From Christensenellales bacterium (GTDB taxonomy: Bacteria > Bacillota > Clostridia > Christensenellales > Aristaeellaceae), in the NCBI GenBank assembly GCA_045132495.1, contig JBGUSK010000075.1, positions 350-64,349 on the forward strand: a stretch of DNA of 64,000 bases, read 5' to 3'. Positions within the stretch are counted from its first letter, which is position 1. Each line of letters starts with the position of its first letter. Of the stretch, positions 42,554 to 51,537 are shown in pieces. The notes under the pieces were generated by a model, which worked only from the letters and a program-made list of their open reading frames with translations, did no database searches and was not told where the DNA came from. The position numbers were made by a program, and so were the translations under genes.

Positions 42554-43760
42554 GGCGCTCTTCCTCATTCTTTTCACGCTGGAGCACATCTATCAGCTGA
42601 TCCTGAACCTGGTGCAGTCCCGCAGCGCGTCGAACCCCACTCCGGCCAACGTGGCGGATGTGTACGACAGGAAAACCTACGAACGCTGGCGCGCCTACCA
42701 CGGCGAAAAGAGCCGGCTGACCCTGTGGCGGACGCTGGTCTCCTGGGTGCTGACGATGGTTCTGCTGATGACGGACTTCCACGCATGGGCCGCAAGCCTC
42801 TTCCCGGCGAATACCTTCATGCAGCTGCTGGGTGTGATCCTCGCGCAGACGCTGGCAGAGACCGTGGTGTTCATGGGCTTTGCCTGGGTGGACACGATGG
42901 TCATCGAGCAGAAGTACGGCTTCAACAAAACCACCGTCAGGACGTTTGTGATCGACCAGGTGAGGTCCTTTGTGATCGAGATCGTGCTGGGCGTGATCCT
43001 GATGGGGCTGCTGGCCTGGCTGCACATCTCCATGGGCGACTGGGTGGTGGTGCTGTTCACCGGCGCGGTGTTCGCGCTGACGCTGGCGATCTCCTTCCTC
43101 TACGGCCCCGTGTTCAGCCGCCTGGGCAACAAGTTTGTCCCCCTCGAAGACGGCGAACTCAAGGACAAGCTCCTCTCCCTGCTGACGAAGCACGGCTACC
43201 AGGTCAAGTCCATCGAGGTCATGGACGCCTCCCGCCGCACCACCAAGCTGAATGCCTACTTCACCGGGTTTGGCAAGCTGAAGAGCATCGTGCTGTATGA
43301 CAATCTGGTGAACAGCATGTCCACGGATGAGATCGTCGCGGTGTTCGCCCACGAGCTGGGCCACGGTCTGAACAAGGATGTGCTCAAGCAGCAGATCATG
43401 AACCTGGGCAATCTGCTCCTGATGGCGATCGCGGTCTGGCTGACCATCCGCACCCCGGTGATGCACGAGGCCTTCGGGTTTGCGGAGGTGAATTACGGGT
43501 TTGCGTTTGTGCTGCTGAGCGGACTGCTGGGACTGATCCAGCCGCTGACGGGTATGGCGATGAACGCCTACTCCCGCCACGCGGAATACCGCGCTGACGC
43601 TCAGGCGGTGAAGGAAGGCTACGGTAATGCGCTGGTCGGAGGTCTGAAAAAGCTTGCCCGGGAGAACTTCTCCAACCTTGCGCCCTCCAAGGCGCTGGTG
43701 GTGCTGCAGTACAGCCATCCCCCGCTGAGTGAGAGGATTGCTGCGATTGAGAAGAAGTAA
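42543..43760 (+). CDS. M48 family zinc metallopeptidase (Ste24/CAAX protease-like, membrane)
   Basis: Multi-TM N-terminal half and HELGHG zinc motif. 405 aa. Confidence 0.8.
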   Translation: MNYKALFLILFTLEHIYQLILNLVQSRSASNPTPANVADVYDRKTYERWRAYHGEKSRLTLWRTLVSWVLTMVLLMTDFHAWAASLFPANTFMQLLGVILAQTLAETVVFMGFAWVDTMVIEQKYGFNKTTVRTFVIDQVRSFVIEIVLGVILMGLLAWLHISMGDWVVVLFTGAVFALTLAISFLYGPVFSRLGNKFVPLEDGELKDKLLSLLTKHGYQVKSIEVMDASRRTTKLNAYFTGFGKLKSIVLYDNLVNSMSTDEIVAVFAHELGHGLNKDVLKQQIMNLGNLLLMAIAVWLTIRTPVMHEAFGFAEVNYGFAFVLLSGLLGLIQPLTGMAMNAYSRHAEYRADAQAVKEGYGNALVGGLKKLARENFSNLAPSKALVVLQYSHPPLSERIAAIEKK

Positions 43761-43917
43761 CGGCCTCATCCGTCTTCCCGCTAACGCGGGAATCCACCTT
43801 CCCCAAAGGGGAAGGTGGATTTTGTGACCACATCTCCCTGGGGCAGGTTGGCATCTATTCAACCCTTCCCCTCTGGGGAAGGTGGCATCGGGCTCTGCCC
43901 GATGACGGATGAGGCCG
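43761..43917. repeat. Composite palindromic REP-like element (family 3), two inverted units
   Basis: The outer 14-bp perfect inverted repeat CGGCCTCATCCGTC / GACGGATGAGGCCG encloses four hairpins (43775-43792, 43793-43819, 43864-43882, 43886-43904). Confidence 0.75.
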
Positions 43918-44044
43918 TCGGGCGAGCAAACCACGCTGCAAATAAATCCGAAAAACCTTCGTGCAGCTTATTGACAATGGGCATAATGGGCTTTATAATG
44001 GTCATAATGGAAAATGTTTTATTTGGTCGAAGGAGGCCTGTTTC

Positions 44045-44947
44045 ATGGAGTCCTACCTGTTTACGAATGTTGAAGCCGCGGCCGACACCCTCGTGGTGGA
44101 AGGCTGGCATAAGCCCGGTACCCTGACCCGCTCCAGCGGCGCGTGGATCCACGCCGCAGGCACCGCCATGTTTGAGAAGGGCGAGGTAGCCCTCAACAGC
44201 CACGAGCAGTGGATCTGGTTTGCCGTAGAGGCAGGCGAAGTCACGCTGCACTGGCAGGACAATGACCTGAAGCTCAAGGCCGAGGACACCTGCTTCCTCC
44301 CCGCAGGCGAGCATCAGGCGTACCTCGAGGTTCCCGAGCAGGCCCGCGTGCTGTGGGTCGCCCTGGAGGGCAATCTGGCCCCCATGGTCGTGCGCAAGAT
44401 GGGCGCGCTGCTGCATATGCCCCTGCGTCAGGGCGCGCTGCCCAGCCAGATGTACCTGGCCAAGCAGATCGTGCAGGTCATGGTGCGTCATTCCGGCACG
44501 GCGGACGCCACCTATCAGCTCCAGCACCTGATGTACGGCATGCTGGCCAGCCACTGGGGTCAGCCTGTCGCCATGGACGCGATGCTCTCCCACGAGATCG
44601 CCAAGGTGGTGGACACCCTGCGCGCTAACCAATACCGGGATAATTTCTCCCTGGCGGAAATGGCCGCGATCTCCCGCATGCCCATGGAGACCTTCCGCAA
44701 GCGTTTCGTGAGCGAAGTGGGTATGCCTCCGCTGAGCTACGTCCTCCACTGCAAGATGGAGCGCGCCAAGGAGCTGCTGCGCGAAGAGGGCCACACCGTC
44801 CGCCAGGCCGGTATCGAGGTCGGCATGCAGGACCCCTACCATTTCTCCAAGCAGTTCAAGAACATCGTGGGCATCAGCCCCTCCGCGTTCATGAAGCAGG
44901 CCGCCAAGCCGGACGCCACCATCCGCGGCAGCAGCAAGAACAAGTAA
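44045..44947 (+). CDS. AraC family transcriptional regulator
   Basis: Trimmed to ATG 44045 (SD GAAGGAGG). Cupin-like N-terminus and a C-terminal double HTH (PPLSYVLHCKMERAKELL ... DPYHFSKQFK). Confidence 0.8.
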   Translation: MESYLFTNVEAAADTLVVEGWHKPGTLTRSSGAWIHAAGTAMFEKGEVALNSHEQWIWFAVEAGEVTLHWQDNDLKLKAEDTCFLPAGEHQAYLEVPEQARVLWVALEGNLAPMVVRKMGALLHMPLRQGALPSQMYLAKQIVQVMVRHSGTADATYQLQHLMYGMLASHWGQPVAMDAMLSHEIAKVVDTLRANQYRDNFSLAEMAAISRMPMETFRKRFVSEVGMPPLSYVLHCKMERAKELLREEGHTVRQAGIEVGMQDPYHFSKQFKNIVGISPSAFMKQAAKPDATIRGSSKNK

Positions 44948-44954
44948 TATCAGG

Positions 44955-44982
44955 GTCGCACCGTGGCGGTGCGGCCTTTTTG
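44955..44982 (+). terminator. Rho-independent terminator after the araC-family gene
   Basis: 9-bp stem GTCGCACCG / CGGTGCGGC followed by CTTTTT. Confidence 0.7.
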
Positions 44983-45340
44983 TGTGGATATGTCCAGCGC
45001 TTTCCCAGCGGCCTAAGCAACACAAATCCTTTGGGGATTTGACATTTTCGTTACGGACTAAACTTTCGGTTTTGTTATTTCCGACCCTCAGGGCAACCGA
45101 ATGAAGCAATACATCTCTGCCGAACATACACGAACGCGCATAATTATTCATTTTGTCACATGTGTAAACAGGCAAAAAAATACAATAGTGCATGTCCACA
45201 TGAATATCCACATATGATTTCATTGAGGATAACATTTGTGGATAACCTGTGGATAATGTGGATAACCGCGATACAAAGCGCGTAAATCCGCCACTTTTCC
45301 CCTGTTGAATTGTGGATAACCCTGTGGACACTGTGGATGA
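44983..45340. promoter_or_regulatory. Cluster of DnaA boxes (candidate DnaA-binding region or origin-like element)
   Basis: Perfect TGTGGATAA at 45237, 45248, 45257 and 45311. One mismatch at 44983, 45204 (opposite strand), 45224 and 45332. Two mismatches at 45192 (opposite strand) and 45323. An A/T-rich tract lies at 45140-45190. Confidence 0.7.
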
Positions 45341-45538
45341 AACAACTCTTTGGCTGTGCATACGCCACGTTTATGAAGATGTATAAGCGCATATTCTTCG
45401 CAAAATCGGCATGCCGCGGGCGAACATTCGTCCGAAACACGCTGTTTTTTGTATGCATGCAAACTGTATACACGAAGGAAATCCTGCAAGGTATGGCAAA
45501 AGCGGGGGCTGCATAGGCTTTTTCACGGAGGTTTTGCC

Positions 45539-46315
45539 ATGAAAGCATCAGAACGCCCCATTCTCCCTCGCAAAAAAGCCGAACATCTGGTGACGCTCGC
45601 TGCCGCATTGCTCGTACTGATCGGCGGCCTCACCGCTGTCGCCGCATGGCGGAAAAAAGACACAAATGCGTCATCGTCCGGGCCGATGCCCTCCCCCGCC
45701 CTGACGGCGGCGCCCGGGCCACTAAGCGGTTTGGTCATCGCCGTTGACCCGGGCCATGGCGGTTATGACGGCGGCGCGCGGTGCCGGGATTCCGGCGTGT
45801 GGGAAAAGGAAATCAACCTGTCCGTGGCGCTGGAGGTAGCGAAAGCCCTCACCAGTCAGGGCGCGCAGGTGGTCATGACCCGGACGGAGGACGCTGACCT
45901 GTGTGAAGTCAACCGTCCCGCCGGGCTGACGAAAAAACGCCAGGACATGCAAAACCGCGTCGCCATTGCCCGGGACAATCAGGCGGACATGGTGATCTCC
46001 GTTCACATGAACGAATACCGCGTGCGCTCGGAATCCGGGCCGCAGGTGTTCTACCGGGAGGGTTGCGACGCAGGCCGTCTGCTGGCAGGATGTGTGCAGG
46101 CCGCGATGATCCAGCATCTTCAGCCAGCAAAGGAACGGGTCGCGATGGCCGGAGATTACTTCATATTGCAGCTGGATGTGCCATCGGTTCTGGTGGAATG
46201 CGGGTTCATTTCCAACCCGACAGAGGAAAAGCTGCTGCTGGATGCGGCTTATCAGGCGCGCATCGGAGAAGCCGTCGCGGAGGGTGTGCTGGAATTCATT
46301 CGGCTGAGACAATGA
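45539..46315 (+). CDS. N-acetylmuramoyl-L-alanine amidase, CwlD-like
   Basis: Trimmed to ATG 45539 (SD GGAGG). N-terminal TM helix, then VDPGHGGYDGGA ... ISVHMNE, as in Amidase_3/CwlD. Confidence 0.8.
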   Translation: MKASERPILPRKKAEHLVTLAAALLVLIGGLTAVAAWRKKDTNASSSGPMPSPALTAAPGPLSGLVIAVDPGHGGYDGGARCRDSGVWEKEINLSVALEVAKALTSQGAQVVMTRTEDADLCEVNRPAGLTKKRQDMQNRVAIARDNQADMVISVHMNEYRVRSESGPQVFYREGCDAGRLLAGCVQAAMIQHLQPAKERVAMAGDYFILQLDVPSVLVECGFISNPTEEKLLLDAAYQARIGEAVAEGVLEFIRLRQ

Positions 46316-46316
46316 A

Positions 46317-46344
46317 AAGGCGTCCCTTTGGGAGGGATCGCCTT
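46317..46344. terminator. Bidirectional hairpin between convergent genes
   Basis: AAGGCG-TCCC ... GGGA-t-CGCCTT. Confidence 0.5.
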
Positions 46345-46348
46345 AAGG

Positions 46349-47254
46349 TCATTGTTCGATTCCGTTGGATTTCATCCCCCGCAGGAAGGCCTCCGGCAGC
46401 TCCGCCGTGAAGGTCAGCCGTTCGCCGGTGGTCGGGTGGGTGAAGGACAGCGAATACGCATGCAGCATGAGCCTGGGCACCTTCGCCCCCTTGGGGCTGC
46501 CATAGATCGGGTCGCCGCAGACGGGGTGACCGATGTGCTTCATATGCACACGGATTTGATGCGTCCGCCCGGTAAGGATGTGCACATCCAGCAGCGTCAC
46601 GCCGCGGCCTCGCTGAAGCACCGTCCATTCGGTGATGGCCTCGCGGCCGTCCTCGTCCACCGCCATTTTCTTGCGATCCTTCTTGCTCCGGGCGATGGCG
46701 GCCTCGATGCGGCCCGAATCCTCGCGGACGCCGCCCTCCACCAGCGCACGGTAATGCTTCTCCATCGTGCGGGCAGAGAGCTGCTCAGAAAGCGCCAGCT
46801 GGGATGCGTCATTCTTGGCAACAAGCAGCAGACCGCTGGTATCCTTGTCCAGCCGGTGGACGATACCCGGACGCAGCTCACCGCCGATGCCGCCCAGGCT
46901 GTCCAGATGATGGAGAAGGGCGTTGACGAGGGTGCCGTCCTCATTGCCTGCCGCCGGATGAACGACCATGCCGCAGGGCTTGACCACAACAGCCAGATCG
47001 GTGTCCTCATACAGGATCGTCAGCGGAATATCCTGCGCTTCAGGGATGGCCGGCCTGGGTGCCGGAATGGTCAGCACCACCGTTTGCCCAGGCTTGGCTT
47101 TGAGTCCTGCTTTGATGACGACAACGCCGTCCACAGTGACGTTACCCGCTTCCATCAGAGCTGCCACACGGCTGCGGGTCAGCCCTGATTGCTCGGACAA
47201 AAGCACATCCAGACGGCGGCCATCGGCAGAAAAGGTCATTTCAGTTGCTTCCAT
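46349..47254 (-). CDS. rluD: RluA-family pseudouridine synthase with N-terminal S4 domain (RluD-like)
   Basis: S4-like LDVLLSE..GLTRSRVAALMEAGNVTVDG, then HRLDKDTSGLL and GRTHQIRVH. The start is ambiguous (47275, 47254 or 47239); 47254 has the best SD. Confidence 0.85.
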   Translation of the reverse strand: MEATEMTFSADGRRLDVLLSEQSGLTRSRVAALMEAGNVTVDGVVVIKAGLKAKPGQTVVLTIPAPRPAIPEAQDIPLTILYEDTDLAVVVKPCGMVVHPAAGNEDGTLVNALLHHLDSLGGIGGELRPGIVHRLDKDTSGLLLVAKNDASQLALSEQLSARTMEKHYRALVEGGVREDSGRIEAAIARSKKDRKKMAVDEDGREAITEWTVLQRGRGVTLLDVHILTGRTHQIRVHMKHIGHPVCGDPIYGSPKGAKVPRLMLHAYSLSFTHPTTGERLTFTAELPEAFLRGMKSNGIEQ

Positions 47255-47702
47255 CGTACTTCTCTCTCCATTCATCCGGGAAAAGCAGCAGCGACGCTGC
47301 CATCAGCACCGCGCCTACCGTGAGGGCTGAATCCGCCACGTTAAAGATGGCGAATTTCACAAACAGCGCCTCGAACATATCCACCACATAGCCCCTCAAA
47401 AAGCGGTCGATCATGTTGCCCACCGCGCCGCCGAGCATCAGCATCGCCGCGACCCGGCTGAGGGGCCCCAGCCTGTAGCGGCGCAGAACCAGCCATCCCA
47501 CGAGGATGCACAGGGCTGATACCACACCCAGCGCCCATGACCTGCCCGAAAACAGGCTGAAGGCCATGCCGGTGTTCTCCGCGTAGGTCAGCGCCAGCAT
47601 ACCGGGAATCAGCGTCACGCTGTCCGTCAGACCCATGCTGAGCCATTTCGTCAGGTGGTCGATGATCACCGTCAGTGCGGCGATCCAATAATACTTCCGC
47701 AT
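47241..47702 (-). CDS. lspA: Signal peptidase II (lipoprotein signal peptidase)
   Basis: Trimmed to ATG 47702. Motifs NTGMAFS and FNVADS are typical of LspA. 153 aa. Confidence 0.85.
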   Translation of the reverse strand: MRKYYWIAALTVIIDHLTKWLSMGLTDSVTLIPGMLALTYAENTGMAFSLFSGRSWALGVVSALCILVGWLVLRRYRLGPLSRVAAMLMLGGAVGNMIDRFLRGYVVDMFEALFVKFAIFNVADSALTVGAVLMAASLLLFPDEWREKYDGSN

Positions 47703-47703
47703 A

Positions 47704-47988
47704 TTACTCCAATCTGCGCTGCACAACGTTAACGATATCCGCCAGGAAATCCCCGATGACCGGAAGATTGCGCTGAGCCAGATCCTGCAGCAGCCACACC
47801 AGCGCCGCGCCGAGGATGGTGAAGCCAATGGCCGACCCCAGTCCGCGGATCATACCAGCGATAAAGTGCATCCGATAGAAACGCTTCCTGTCATCCAGAA
47901 AGCGGACGTAATCCGGCAGATGCATCCGCTCCAGCGTCGCGATGTGCTCATCCAGTTTGTTCGCCATCCAGGCCGTCCATTCCTTCAT
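47704..47988 (-). CDS. DUF5665-like small membrane protein
   Basis: Trimmed to ATG 47988 (SD GGGAGGG). FIAGMIRGLGSAIGFTILGAALVWLLQ resembles DUF5665 as I recall it. Located immediately upstream of lspA. Confidence 0.6.
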   Translation of the reverse strand: MKEWTAWMANKLDEHIATLERMHLPDYVRFLDDRKRFYRMHFIAGMIRGLGSAIGFTILGAALVWLLQDLAQRNLPVIGDFLADIVNVVQRRLE

Positions 47989-48210
47989 ACAATGCCCTCC
48001 CAATGACAGTTTGGGCGGGCAAATTGTATTTATTCGCCATCCGCGAAGATCACATTATGCTTTCACCGCCCGATGGCTCAGGCAGATGGTTCTGCATCAG
48101 CAGCCTCCAGCCTCGACACAGAGGGCACAGCTTACCAGTCAGGATTGATGCCAGATCGAAGGGGAAAAGCCGGTCATCAGGATGGGCATGGAGATTCCCC
48201 CTTTTGAACT

Positions 48211-48239
48211 ATGATAACACGCCCGGCTTTTCCCGTCAA
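48211..48239 (-). promoter_or_regulatory. Candidate promoter of the DUF5665-lspA-rluD unit
   Basis: Minus strand: TTGACG, 17-nt spacer, TATCAT. It would give a leader of about 215 nt. Confidence 0.4.
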
Positions 48240-48240
48240 C

Positions 48241-48271
48241 AAAAGAGGAGCCGCCATATGCAGCAGCTCCC
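48241..48271 (-). terminator. Hairpin terminator after a small ORF
   Basis: Minus-strand stem GGAGCTGC / GCGGCTCC (one mismatch) followed by TCTTTTG. Confidence 0.45.
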
Positions 48272-48285
48272 ATAAGATAAGTATA

Positions 48286-48456
48286 TCAGCAAAGCCTTTC
48301 GGCTGGATTGTCGGGTGTAGAGGGTTCCGGGGCGGTCTGGGTCAGGACAGCGAGGGGATCCTGGGACGGAAGCGCATGGAGCTCCCCGGCCAGGTCGGGA
48401 ATGCTGGTCAGCAGCAGCGCCGCAACGATCACAGCGTCGAGTCGGGTGCGATTCAT
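48286..48456 (-). CDS. Candidate 56-aa secreted or membrane-anchored peptide
   Basis: ORF 48286..48591 trimmed to ATG 48456, 6 nt after AAAGGAGGAAAAAAC. N-terminal hydrophobic stretch AVIVAALLLTSI. Confidence 0.4.
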   Translation of the reverse strand: MNRTRLDAVIVAALLLTSIPDLAGELHALPSQDPLAVLTQTAPEPSTPDNPAERLC

Positions 48457-48593
48457 GTTTTTTCCTCCTTTCAACATGCTGATTCTACCGCAGCCATGTG
48501 TCCCCGGTATGAATCCCCCATGAATCAAAAATGAAGTTTTGCTTCCCTTATCCGCAAGGCTGTGATATGATAATGCAAAGGAGGAATCCAAAA

Positions 48594-49466
48594 ATGCGCA
48601 AGATGCTTATTCTTCTTTTTGTCTTCCTGCTGCCGCTGACGGCGCTGGCAGAGCTCCCCGTCTATCCCTACGAGGCACAGGGCGACGCCATCGCAGAGCA
48701 TACATCCGAGACACTGTGGTGGCGGATCGAAAAGTTCAACGTTGAAGGCGCGAACGTCTATCTGACCAAGGTCTGTATGGCCGATCCTGGACGGCAGATC
48801 GGCAAGGCGACCTCCGACTGGCGGGAAAACACCATGGCCGCCGAGGATATCGCCAAGCGTGCACCGGAGGCGTCCCTGATCATCAACGGCAGCGGCTATG
48901 TGACCAAGCGGTACGCCTGGATCCCGGAAAACTACCCCGGCGTGAGCGAAGATTATCACTACACACCCCTGGGTTCGATAACGGTGACGGACGGCGAGGT
49001 TTTGCGCTGTTTGGAGGGCGTTCCCTACTACGGACTGACCCTCAACCGGGAAGGGCTGCGCCTCCATGTGTCGGACGATCCCATCGACGTGCTGGACGAG
49101 GAACCTACCCAGACCTGGTCCTTCTATGTGGAATGCCCCATCATCAACGATCACCAGTCCATTCTTGACCCGGAATGGACCTTCACCCGTGTAAGGGCCA
49201 TGCGCACCATCGTCGCCAAAATGGATGACCACAATTACCTGCTCATGACCGTCACAAGACAGAAGGGCGGATTGACCATGCAGCAGTGCGTGGACTTCCT
49301 GCTGGAAAAGTTCAGCCCGGAATGGGCCTACAATCTGGACGGCGGGCCTTCCTCAGCGCTGATGTACCGCAACCAAAAGGGCAAGCTGGTAACAATCTGG
49401 GCCCCCGGGCAGAACAATGTGGATATCATGACCTTCTCTGAATTGACAGAGGAACCCACACCATAA
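48594..49466 (+). CDS. Secreted phosphodiester glycosidase family (DUF2233-like) protein
   Basis: Trimmed to ATG 48594 (SD AAAGGAGG). Signal peptide MRKMLILLFVFLLPLTALA. Family call is from overall resemblance only. Confidence 0.6.
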   Translation: MRKMLILLFVFLLPLTALAELPVYPYEAQGDAIAEHTSETLWWRIEKFNVEGANVYLTKVCMADPGRQIGKATSDWRENTMAAEDIAKRAPEASLIINGSGYVTKRYAWIPENYPGVSEDYHYTPLGSITVTDGEVLRCLEGVPYYGLTLNREGLRLHVSDDPIDVLDEEPTQTWSFYVECPIINDHQSILDPEWTFTRVRAMRTIVAKMDDHNYLLMTVTRQKGGLTMQQCVDFLLEKFSPEWAYNLDGGPSSALMYRNQKGKLVTIWAPGQNNVDIMTFSELTEEPTP

Positions 49467-49469
49467 GCA

Positions 49470-49508
49470 ATGCGGCTCTCCCCAACCGGGAAGGGCCGCA
49501 TCTTTTTC
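49470..49508. terminator. Bidirectional hairpin terminator
   Basis: Stem ATGCGGC / GCCGCAT followed by CTTTTT. Confidence 0.6.
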
Positions 49509-49566
49509 ATTTCCTGCGGAAGCAGACCAGCCTGCATCGGGAGGACCTGCGAGGAAACAGAAAGCA

Positions 49567-51537
49567 TTACCACAGGGGCATTTCCGCCGCATCGGCAGAG
49601 GCGAAGGGGCCGGGCAGGACGCCCACGCCGCGGGTGTTGCCCAGGTAGTCCCGGTCAAAAACGATATCACTGCCGTCGGGGCTCTCGAAGCGTTGCTCCG
49701 GCTCGAAGGCCTTGCCCAGGATGTCGCTGTTCACCATTCCCGCGCGATAGGCCGCAATCAGCTCGTACACATTGGTGTTCAGCACCGGCGCGCCGTCCTG
49801 TTCGACCAGCTCCACCTTGGGCATGTCGGGCAGGACAAGGCAGTCGGTCTCGTTCTTCCAGGGCTTCGCACCGCCCAGATACACATTGCCCTTGGCCCAG
49901 ACAGGCAGATGCTTCTCGTGGAATTCGCCCAGCTTGTGCATGTTGGGGCGGGCTACATCCAGGTCGAACCAACTGATCCACTCGTCATAGGTGGGATACT
50001 CGTCGAACTGCCAGGTGCCGCAGATGCGCTCGTTTTCGTTCGGCTCGCCGCGGCGGGGATCAGGATTCTTGTCAATGCCCTGAACGAAGATGTTGTTGTA
50101 GAAGCGGTCGTCGCCGTGGAGGAAGTGCATGAAGCCGGCGACCTCCGTGCGGTGACGGATGTGGTAGGGGGTGTAGCGGGTGCCGGTTCCGCCGCCGACA
50201 AAGGTAAAGGTGCCCATCATCAGATTGTGCACCATGGCCACGCCCTGGGTCGCGATGCGAAGGCTCACGCGGGAAAGCAGGATGTTGTTGTCGATGAGGG
50301 TCGGGCCATGACTGACCTCCACGAAGATGTCCTGGCTTTCCATGCCGCCCTCGGCCCAGGTGCAGAAGTCCGGGCGCTGGTTGTCATGCAGCAGGTTCTG
50401 GCTGATCCGGGTGCCCTGAGCCTGCCAGTCGCACCAGATGCCCATGGTGCAGTGGTGGATGTGATTGCGGCGCATGGTCACGTCGATGGCCGCGTGGAGC
50501 TTGATACCGGAGATCTCCGCGCCGCCCAGCTCCTGCATGTTGTTGATGTGGTGGATGTGGTTGTCCTCGATCACAGAAAACACCGCGCCCATGCGGCCCA
50601 CGATGCCGGTCTGCTCGCAGTGATGGATGTTGCAGCGGCGGACGATGTGGCTGCCGACCTTCTTCTTCAGCCAGCCGTGGTACTGGCCGCGGCACAGGGC
50701 GTCGCGCTCCATCTGGGTGGGGGATTTGAGGTGCTTGGTCGTGAAATAGTGGTCGTTTTCCGGGTCATAATACTTGCCCAGGGAGATGCCGCAGCACTTG
50801 GAATGGGAGATCTCGCAATCCTCGATGATCCAGCCCTTGGACCAGTGGGGGCCAACCATGCCGTCCTGGAAGGCCGCCGGGGGCGCCCAGGTAGTGGCAG
50901 CCTTCTCCACCTTGAAGCCTGAAAAGGTGATGTAGCCGCGCCCTGTTTCCTCCGGGAAGAAGCAGCGGCGGCGGACGTTGATCTCCGTCTTCTGAGTGTT
51001 GGGGTCAACGTTGTGGAAGTTAGCATAGATGACAGTCTCATTGCCGACCTGCTGGGCGATCCACTTGTAGATGGAGTTTTCCGGGTCCCAGGAGGGCGTA
51101 TAGACCTCGCCCGCGATGCACTCCTCCATCGTCAGCGCCTCGTACATGGCGTTGTCGTTGAGGTAGACGCAGCCGGTGTGGCGGACGGTGGGGGCAAAGT
51201 ACCAGTCGCCGAAGGCCTCGACGATGTAGGGATTGAAGTCGCCGAAGATGGCGTTGTCCACGCGGATCATCCACAGGCCGTTATCCTGCTTGACCCAGCC
51301 GGAAACCTCTTCCGCGCCGGTGATGACAGCACCCAGAGGCTCCGCGGAGCGGTAGGTGATGCGATTATCCTCGGTGCCGCCGTTACGGGGACTGACCTGT
51401 TCCCGGTATATGCCTGGGTACACCAGCACTTCGTCGCCGGGCTGGGCGATGCTGGCCGCGTCAGAAATACGGCGGAAGGGGCGTTCCCTGGTTCCGCTGC
51501 CTTCACGGTGCGCACGGGCGTTGACGTAATAAATCAT
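49567..51537 (-). CDS. Right-handed parallel beta-helix repeat protein (polysaccharide lyase/hydrolase-like)
   Basis: N-terminus YYVNARAHREGSGTRERPFRRISDAASIAQPGDEVLVYPGIY is typical of DUF1565/pectate-lyase-fold proteins, with repeated NIHHC/NHIHH coils. 656 aa. Confidence 0.7.
   Translation of the reverse strand: MIYYVNARAHREGSGTRERPFRRISDAASIAQPGDEVLVYPGIYREQVSPRNGGTEDNRITYRSAEPLGAVITGAEEVSGWVKQDNGLWMIRVDNAIFGDFNPYIVEAFGDWYFAPTVRHTGCVYLNDNAMYEALTMEECIAGEVYTPSWDPENSIYKWIAQQVGNETVIYANFHNVDPNTQKTEINVRRRCFFPEETGRGYITFSGFKVEKAATTWAPPAAFQDGMVGPHWSKGWIIEDCEISHSKCCGISLGKYYDPENDHYFTTKHLKSPTQMERDALCRGQYHGWLKKKVGSHIVRRCNIHHCEQTGIVGRMGAVFSVIEDNHIHHINNMQELGGAEISGIKLHAAIDVTMRRNHIHHCTMGIWCDWQAQGTRISQNLLHDNQRPDFCTWAEGGMESQDIFVEVSHGPTLIDNNILLSRVSLRIATQGVAMVHNLMMGTFTFVGGGTGTRYTPYHIRHRTEVAGFMHFLHGDDRFYNNIFVQGIDKNPDPRRGEPNENERICGTWQFDEYPTYDEWISWFDLDVARPNMHKLGEFHEKHLPVWAKGNVYLGGAKPWKNETDCLVLPDMPKVELVEQDGAPVLNTNVYELIAAYRAGMVNSDILGKAFEPEQRFESPDGSDIVFDRDYLGNTRGVGVLPGPFASADAAEMPLW

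Noticed and set aside
44983-45340. Calling the DnaA-box cluster the chromosomal oriC outright
   Set aside because: There is no dnaA/dnaN, no obvious DnaA-trio array next to the boxes and no visible switch of gene-strand bias around 45 kb. It is left as a candidate that needs replicon-wide skew and coverage data.
45156-45608. ORFs inside the DnaA-box gap (45156..45608 -, 45220..45489 -, 45310..45516 +)
   Set aside because: They have no SD and odd composition (runs of H, I, C, F). Their reading frames are generated by the repeated TGTGGATAA boxes themselves (e.g. MWITLWTLWM).
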